From the NCBI GenBank assembly GCA_040752575.1, contig JBFMGK010000041.1, positions 1 to 11,727 of the forward strand: 11,727 bases of DNA, given 5' to 3'. The first letter of the stretch is position 1. Each line of letters starts with the position of its first letter. The position numbers and the translations under genes are program-made. Below, piece by piece: positions 6,135-11,727 of this stretch. This DNA comes from Candidatus Bipolaricaulota bacterium (GTDB lineage: Bacteria > Bipolaricaulota > Bipolaricaulia > UBA7950 > UBA9294). The notes under the pieces were generated by a model, which saw only the letters and a program-made list of their open reading frames with translations, was not told the DNA's origin and searched no databases.

Positions 6135-6278
6135 CTCAGAGCACCCCCTCGGCCCCCCATGGCGCTGAGAACGCGTGAACACGTGCGCAGGCAACCCACA
6201 GGGCTTCGCGTACCTGTCCGGTGTGCCGCAGACTGCGCCCGTGACTCACCTTCTGAAGGTGCGGCAAGCGCTTGGTGG

Positions 6279-7172
6279 TCAATCCGTCTCCGCGAGGAAG
6301 TACACGGGCACGAGGGGCATCAGAACCTTGTCCTCGTCGTTCAGCTTCGTGTAGTTGCCCTGCCAAAGCTCGATGAAGCGCGTGAGGTCGATGAGCTCAA
6401 CGTGAACGTGGCCCCCTTGCGCCATGCTGCGAGCATCGTTCGTGAACCCGCCAGTCGAGATGAAGATCCCGACATCGCCGTCGCGCTGCAGCAGACCCAT
6501 CAACTGCCGTATCTCGTCCACGCTCGCTGCGCTCTGCCTATGCTTGACCTGGACCTTGATGCGAGGGGAGATTGTTCCGAGCGGGTCACGATAGGCAACG
6601 ATGTCGACTCCGCCGTCCTTCCCGCGCGGCGCAACAAACGGCGTGAAGTACCCCATTCCGCGGAGCAACGCGGCGGCAAGATCCTGGAACTCGTAGGCAT
6701 TCTTCCCGGCAATGTGCCGTTCGAGCGACTCGTTCGCCAGCTCCTGGATCTGATCCATGGACGCTTGAACCGGGGTCTGCCCCGGCTCGATGTCGGCGGC
6801 TTCGACTGGTTCAGGCTCGCGGCTCTTCCTCTCGGCGTCCCATTTTCGATAGGCGTCCACAGATGCCTGGAGGAACTTCTCCGCGCCAAGGGCCATGGCC
6901 TTCTCGCCTTCCTCGGTCAAGAACCACGTGCCCGACTTCTTGCGCAGGAAGCCGGCCTTGACGCAGTCGCTCGAGTAGTACTGGAGGAACGTCTGCCAGC
7001 GGATGTACCCCGACTCGTAGCGCTCTTTCGCCCAGGCATCCAGAGGCACGCGTCTGGGGACTTCAGCAACGATGTCACGCACCTTCATTTGCCCGCCGTT
7101 CTCGCGCAGGAGCTCGAACGCTGCATAGACAACCTTCGTTGCGACTTGCACGGTCGGACTTGGACTACGCAT
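6279..7172 (-). CDS. mrr: Mrr-family (type IV) restriction endonuclease
   Basis: N-terminal wHTH-like region (...RW...CVKAGFLRKKSGTWFLTEEG). Catalytic domain AYEFQDLAAALLRGMGY, DGGVDIVA, VQVKH and GIFISTGGFT. Start is ATG 7172 or GTG 7181 (ORF track gives 7223). Confidence 0.9.
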   Translation of the reverse strand: MRSPSPTVQVATKVVYAAFELLRENGGQMKVRDIVAEVPRRVPLDAWAKERYESGYIRWQTFLQYYSSDCVKAGFLRKKSGTWFLTEEGEKAMALGAEKFLQASVDAYRKWDAERKSREPEPVEAADIEPGQTPVQASMDQIQELANESLERHIAGKNAYEFQDLAAALLRGMGYFTPFVAPRGKDGGVDIVAYRDPLGTISPRIKVQVKHRQSAASVDEIRQLMGLLQRDGDVGIFISTGGFTNDARSMAQGGHVHVELIDLTRFIELWQGNYTKLNDEDKVLMPLVPVYFLAETD

Positions 7173-7235
7173 CTCGTTCACCTTCTCTCGCTCCCGGCGT
7201 CTGGACCGGAGGTTCCATTGCATCCGTTTTGCGAC

Positions 7236-8042
7236 TCACAAGCCTACAGCCACCCGACTCGCCCAGCGTAGCCCGCTTGCGGTGAGGCACTCCCTCGCCA
7301 CTGCCGACAACGGTTCGGTTGGCTGGATCATCCGCATGAGCCCCCTGAGCCTCATGTCAAGCTGAGTCTGTGCCGCAGCGCCCGCCCCATCTTCCAGGCG
7401 CTTCATCAGGCGCTGGCACGCGTCGATCTCGTCACGGCACTGCATCCATTTCTGCCGCCTGAGGTCCGCCAGTGGTTCGTGGCAGAGCTTCAGGAGCCTG
7501 ATCGTCACTTCCGCACGCTCGCGTTGCCATCCTCCTAGCCCTGGCATCGGGATGGCCTCGCCTTCCTCATTGAAGGACAGCAGCGCTGGATCGCCAGCCC
7601 TGGTCGGATCGAGCAGGTAGCAGATCTCGTCTTCGATGTGGCGGTCTGTGCTAGACGCTACGAAGCTGCCCGAGCGCAAGGGGAAGAAAGTGCCTTTCGA
7701 GGTGTTCCCGACGTTGCCGCAGAGCCGGAAGTTCGTCCACGCGAAAGCCAACCACCAGTATCCCTCTCGCGTCGTTCCATCCATGTTCTTGGCGATCTTC
7801 TTCGGCCTGAAGTGCTCTACATCGCCATGCGAGAACGCGTCTTGAGCTTCGGAGTACCAGCACTTTCCATGGGAGATGTCCAGTAGCCACGCTTTCAGGT
7901 CGCGCCATACCGCAGCATTGGCGTCAATGATCCGCTCTCTTTCCTCGTGCGTCGCAGCCGCATCGAGCAAGGCAGTGGCTTCCCGGGCCCGCTCCAGCCA
8001 CTCAGCCGGTGGCGTCTTCCCTTCCAGCGAAATGTGGATCAT
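7236..8042 (-). CDS. HNH endonuclease, Septu PtuB / retron-effector-like
   Basis: GKCWYSE, DVEHFRPK, GYWWLAFAWTNFRL, NTSKGTFFPL and LLDP motifs. ATGA-coupled to the upstream ABC ATPase. Confidence 0.85.
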   Translation of the reverse strand: MIHISLEGKTPPAEWLERAREATALLDAAATHEERERIIDANAAVWRDLKAWLLDISHGKCWYSEAQDAFSHGDVEHFRPKKIAKNMDGTTREGYWWLAFAWTNFRLCGNVGNTSKGTFFPLRSGSFVASSTDRHIEDEICYLLDPTRAGDPALLSFNEEGEAIPMPGLGGWQRERAEVTIRLLKLCHEPLADLRRQKWMQCRDEIDACQRLMKRLEDGAGAAAQTQLDMRLRGLMRMIQPTEPLSAVARECLTASGLRWASRVAVGL

Positions 8043-9586
8043 GGTTTGCCGCCCGCGGCAACGATCCGGTCGAGCGCCTCAGCGGCAATCTGCTCCTGCT
8101 CGGCAAGCTCATGAGGCGTGAGGGTGGGCTTCCGGAACTGCGGATGCCGAGCCATTGCCTTGACGAAGGCTGCGTAGTATGGGTCGCGGAAGTCGCTGGC
8201 AAAGCCGAGCTCCGACAACTCATCGGACAGCCTCGTCAGCTCGGTGGCCTGTTCAGCGCTGCGCTCTTCGCCCAACGCGTACAACTCCGACCGCCGATCC
8301 AGCTTGCCGACGGTCTCGACATCGAGGGTTGTGCGCAACCCGAAAAGCTCGCTCTTCAGCAGCCCGTTGACACCCATGCCTTTCGGATCTACGTCTGGAG
8401 TCATGGCAGAGACGCGACCTGTCTGCTCGTCTCGTTGCATGATCTGCACTTGCGACTTCCCAAGCCCGGCAATGGTCAGCGGCTCATGGGTCGTCATGAT
8501 GATGTGGCTGTTCTCCTGGGTCCCGGCGATCTGCCGAAGGAACTCCAGATACCGCAGGCTCCACGCTGGATTGAGGTGGGTGTCGGGTTCGTCCAGCAAG
8601 AAGAGAGACTCATCCTCCTTCGTAAACCGCAGCAGGCCCAAGACCATCAGAAGCTGCTGCTCCCCTTCGCTCAACTCGCGGAAGGTCAGCGACTCGTCTA
8701 CGTTGCGCGCCTTCACGCGGATTCGTACCTCGCTGATAAGCTCCGAGATGTACGTGCTCTCCAGGGCCTTGAACAGCTCCTGCTGCGTGCCGTAGTGCTC
8801 GGCTAGTCCGCGCAGGGCCTCCACGTCCTTGAGATAGAGGTACAGGTGCTCCCGTGTGCCTGTCCTGCGAAAGCCAATACTGACTCGGTGCTCCAAGCGC
8901 AGGGGCGCAAGCGCCCGCCGGTACAGCTCGTTGAGGAACTGGCTCACGACGCCGCGGGCGTTCCAGAAGCGTCCATCACCCGAGGGGCTTCGCCATGGTG
9001 GCTCACTCATCACGAATAGCACCGACTCCAGTCCCTCGATTCGGAGATGCTCACGAAGGAACCTCTCAATCTCCTCTTCCCGTTTCAGGAAGAAGGCCAG
9101 CAGGACGAACTGACTGTGGATAGGCCGCGCGTAAAACAGCGGCCTCAGCGGGCGGTCACTGCCATGTAGCAGGGCCGCGTAGAAGCGATCCGCGTGCTTC
9201 TCGAAGTGCTCCTCCATTCGGTTGCTCGGGCCGGAGTAGTAGCCGAAGACGAAGTTCGGCAGACACCGCTGACCATTGACCTGCGACAGCTGCCTGTAGT
9301 GAACGGCCTTGCCATCGACCCAGGCGCGGACATCTTTCGGGTCATCCGGCATCAGTGCCGAGACTCTGACCTTTCGTCCTCTGCAGAGATACTCAAGAAG
9401 ATACGGGAACTGCGGCGGTTCTCCTGCATCCAGATCGCGGAAGATGATCGTCAGCGCCTCGAGCAGATTTGACTTCCCCGTGCCGTTGCGGCCGACAAGC
9501 ACCGTCGTGGGGGTCTGTTCATCGAAGTCGATCGAGAAGTCTCGCAAGTTCTTGAAGCTGCCGATTGTGAGCTTGTCGAGTCTCAT
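8039..9586 (-). CDS. Soluble ABC-type (AAA_21-like) ATPase, Septu PtuA-like / restriction-system-associated
   Basis: Walker A GRNGTGKS, signature LSEGE, Walker B/D-loop LFLLDEPDTHLNP and H-loop TTH. N-terminus MRLDKLTIGSFKNL. No membrane partner nearby. Confidence 0.9.
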   Translation of the reverse strand: MRLDKLTIGSFKNLRDFSIDFDEQTPTTVLVGRNGTGKSNLLEALTIIFRDLDAGEPPQFPYLLEYLCRGRKVRVSALMPDDPKDVRAWVDGKAVHYRQLSQVNGQRCLPNFVFGYYSGPSNRMEEHFEKHADRFYAALLHGSDRPLRPLFYARPIHSQFVLLAFFLKREEEIERFLREHLRIEGLESVLFVMSEPPWRSPSGDGRFWNARGVVSQFLNELYRRALAPLRLEHRVSIGFRRTGTREHLYLYLKDVEALRGLAEHYGTQQELFKALESTYISELISEVRIRVKARNVDESLTFRELSEGEQQLLMVLGLLRFTKEDESLFLLDEPDTHLNPAWSLRYLEFLRQIAGTQENSHIIMTTHEPLTIAGLGKSQVQIMQRDEQTGRVSAMTPDVDPKGMGVNGLLKSELFGLRTTLDVETVGKLDRRSELYALGEERSAEQATELTRLSDELSELGFASDFRDPYYAAFVKAMARHPQFRKPTLTPHELAEQEQIAAEALDRIVAAGGKP

Positions 9587-11271
9587 ATCCCCACGGCCTC
9601 AAGAGTCACGTTCTCCTTGTCCGGACGGTTCTCGCGAACCTTGCCATCCTGCACAAGTTCTCTCAACTGCTCGTAGAAGTCGTCCACGGACCCTGCGTCG
9701 AAGCCAGCCAGGTCAAAGAGCCGCTCCGGCGTCAACGGCTCGCCTTGCTCGCGGAGGACTTCATCGAGCGGCCTGCGTCTCGTGGCCGGCAGGCGGCCTG
9801 TACTGCGCTTTGCCATGTTCTTGCCTCCACGCCCGCGCTTGCCAGGCTTGTGCTGCTTGCGTGCTTCGCCGATTCGCTCCAGCAGGACGGACGCCGGCTC
9901 GTAGTCGCGGCCTTCTCTGGCCGCGAGGTCGGCTTCGGTGGTAACAAGCTCGCCGCGGAAGGCGCGGGCGAGAATGGCCTGGGGCAGCCGCGCGGCCCGC
10001 CCCGTCGCCGCACGAACGTGTGTCTCGATCTCGTCGGCCAGGGTGAACAGGACTTGTACCCGATGGACGATCTCGCGCTGCTCAGATACCGGCGGCAGAT
10101 CAACCCACACAGATTTCACCTGATCGAGATTCAGCCCTGGCTTTGTCTCGCCGTAGAAGTGCTCCCCCAACTGGCCTTGCCCATGGTTGCTCGACCGCAG
10201 CCAGAGCCAGAGATAGCGAACGTCAGAGAGACGGGTAGTTCGGATGATTGCGACATGCTGACTGACGTGAGCCGCAGGTACACCTGCCGGCACGACCGCG
10301 GTTCGGCCCACGTTGTTGCCGGTGATCGTCAGCAGCAAGTCGGCGTCACAGACTCTTGTGCGATCCGCTTCCGCGCCTGCGGGCGCGGTGACCCTCACGG
10401 CTTCCTCAATCCGCAGGACATCGGTGTTTATGTTCTCAGAGCGTACGAAATAGGGGCCTCTGTCCGAGACGTAGCGGGCCCACCCGCGCGAGCCGCTCGT
10501 GACGTATGGACGACCATTGAGTGTGGGTTCAGCCAAGAAACCAATGGTTGTTCTGGCCCAGCCGTCCGGCATTTCTTCAGCCTTTGGCACATCACAGACG
10601 AACACCCGCGCCCCCGCTGGACGGGATGCTGCAATCCGATCAATGAGGTCGCCGGCGGCCTCCGGTGTCCGGTGGGAATGCCTCCACGTCTCAGTGAGTC
10701 GACCAGAGCAGGCGGCGGCGAGGATGCATTGGCGAAAGCGTCTGAGGATAGCCGACACCCGGGCCACCCGCGCCCGGGCTGCATCCGCCTGCTCCAGGAG
10801 TTCTTCCACCTTCGCCACAATCCGCTTCTGTTCAGGCAGAGGGGCAAGCAGCAGCGCTTGCGCAAAGACGTCCTCGCGGCTCAGTCCCGGGATTGCCGAG
10901 GAGGTGTCCATTCCAGGCAGGCCCATGGTGCTCAAGGCGTAGTAGAGAAAGCCTATGTCTAGCCCAGGAGCCTCCTCCACGAAGTAGGTCGTGTCTATCG
11001 GCCAACAGGGCTGTCGAGACAAGTGCACCGTTCCGACTGTGCCCTTGCGCCCGAGGATGACCGCGGGGCCGGCGGTGAGCGGTTCGTCATGGTGTCCGAC
11101 AACACCGTTTGAGCCGTACACGGCGTACGGGCCACTCCTCCTGTCCCTCTCCGGCAACCCCTTACCATACCTCACATCGAGCACGTCGCGTGCAAGAGAA
11201 CGAGCCCATCCTTCGGGCAGACCAGTCTCGGCGGGCGGCAGCGGCGGCACGGCAGATCTAGTCGTGCTCAT
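9583..11271 (-). CDS. hsdS: Type I restriction-modification specificity subunit with C-terminal extension
   Basis: Likely start ATG 11271 (GGAG RBS, ATGA overlap with the upstream gene). LPEGW...TRD1...PLPEQKRIVAKVEELL; MPDGW...TRD2...PPVSEQREIV; QAILARAFRGELV...EPASVLLERI; then a basic linker and an extra ~60-aa domain. Confidence 0.92.
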   Translation of the reverse strand: MSTTRSAVPPLPPAETGLPEGWARSLARDVLDVRYGKGLPERDRRSGPYAVYGSNGVVGHHDEPLTAGPAVILGRKGTVGTVHLSRQPCWPIDTTYFVEEAPGLDIGFLYYALSTMGLPGMDTSSAIPGLSREDVFAQALLLAPLPEQKRIVAKVEELLEQADAARARVARVSAILRRFRQCILAAACSGRLTETWRHSHRTPEAAGDLIDRIAASRPAGARVFVCDVPKAEEMPDGWARTTIGFLAEPTLNGRPYVTSGSRGWARYVSDRGPYFVRSENINTDVLRIEEAVRVTAPAGAEADRTRVCDADLLLTITGNNVGRTAVVPAGVPAAHVSQHVAIIRTTRLSDVRYLWLWLRSSNHGQGQLGEHFYGETKPGLNLDQVKSVWVDLPPVSEQREIVHRVQVLFTLADEIETHVRAATGRAARLPQAILARAFRGELVTTEADLAAREGRDYEPASVLLERIGEARKQHKPGKRGRGGKNMAKRSTGRLPATRRRPLDEVLREQGEPLTPERLFDLAGFDAGSVDDFYEQLRELVQDGKVRENRPDKENVTLEAVGI

Positions 11272-11727
11272 GCGATCGACTCCACAGCGGACAGAAGGTA
11301 GTAGTCGAGGTGCTTGACTGTCGGTTCCAGGCCGGCGGCGTGGGCCTGCTGGTAGAGCTGCCAGAAGCAAAGGACATACGAGGCGTAGTACTCATCCGTG
11401 CCGGCGGGCAGGTCAAACAGGCAGAACGCCTTCTGCCACCGGATCATCTTTCGGCAGGCGGCGGCTGCGTAGGTATCGATGATCGGCACGGCCGAGCAAT
11501 GGAAGTGCATGTACTTCGAGCAGAAGGAGCGCGGGGACTGATTACGGCGCAGCACCGGCTGAATCAGGGTCATGAATCGGCCGTGCAGGCCGAGGATTGT
11601 CTGGAGCTTGGCAGGGTCGAGCGGCTCGGCGAGTTGGCGGAGCGGGCCGAAGATGTCGTCTGCTTCCCCGGCGTGCTTGCGCAGGTGTTCAGCCAGCTGT
11701 GACATGCTGCCACCCTGCTTGCCGTTG
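11268..11727 (-). CDS. 3' part (partial) of a hypothetical protein with HhH/DNA-glycosylase-like motifs
   Basis: Frame is open to the window edge. SFCSKYMHF...VPIIDTYA...YASY...VKHLDYYLL resembles the S-x-x-SK-x-x-HF / PIxD / LD-x-x-L pattern of small HhH-glycosylase-like proteins. The family assignment is tentative. Confidence 0.55.
   Translation of the reverse strand, partial: NGKQGGSMSQLAEHLRKHAGEADDIFGPLRQLAEPLDPAKLQTILGLHGRFMTLIQPVLRRNQSPRSFCSKYMHFHCSAVPIIDTYAAAACRKMIRWQKAFCLFDLPAGTDEYYASYVLCFWQLYQQAHAAGLEPTVKHLDYYLLSAVESIA

Noticed and set aside
7236..9586. Retron (Ec78-type) system
   Set aside because: No reverse transcriptase, and no space for msr-msd since the ATPase overlaps hsdS directly.
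385..10962. Long antisense or alternate-frame ORFs (e.g. 385-1383, 491-1327, 1922-2620, 6030-7271, 8009-8806, 9745-10962)
   Set aside because: Shadow ORFs of well-supported genes in GC-rich DNA, with no recognisable motifs.
11272..11370. 33-aa N-terminal extension of HsdS in the ORF track
   Set aside because: It overlaps the upstream gene; ATG 11271 has an RBS and an ATGA overlap.

Overview
GC-rich bacterial window in three parts. (1) 1-1419, housekeeping: the 3' end of a class I glutamine amidotransferase-like gene converging on msrAB, which has an export signal and a likely second internal start. (2) ~1775-5100, a mosaic of short accessory genes (solo Cas4-like PD-(D/E)XK nuclease, hicAB, a secreted hypothetical protein, an N-terminally deleted HNH endonuclease). 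They are separated by three clusters of one modular GGGGACA/TGTCCCC hairpin-repeat family plus a 72-bp direct repeat, which together resemble a repeat-delimited gene-cassette array. (3) 5112-11727, a minus-strand defence cluster: a partial HhH/glycosylase-like gene, type I R-M hsdS with an extra C-terminal domain, an ABC ATPase and an HNH nuclease (Septu PtuA/PtuB-like), all four linked by ATGA overlaps, then mrr and a TIR-HEAT gene. The best candidates for new biology are the repeat-punctuated cassette array and the HsdS-coupled PtuAB-like module. All calls come from reading motifs by eye; no searches were run.
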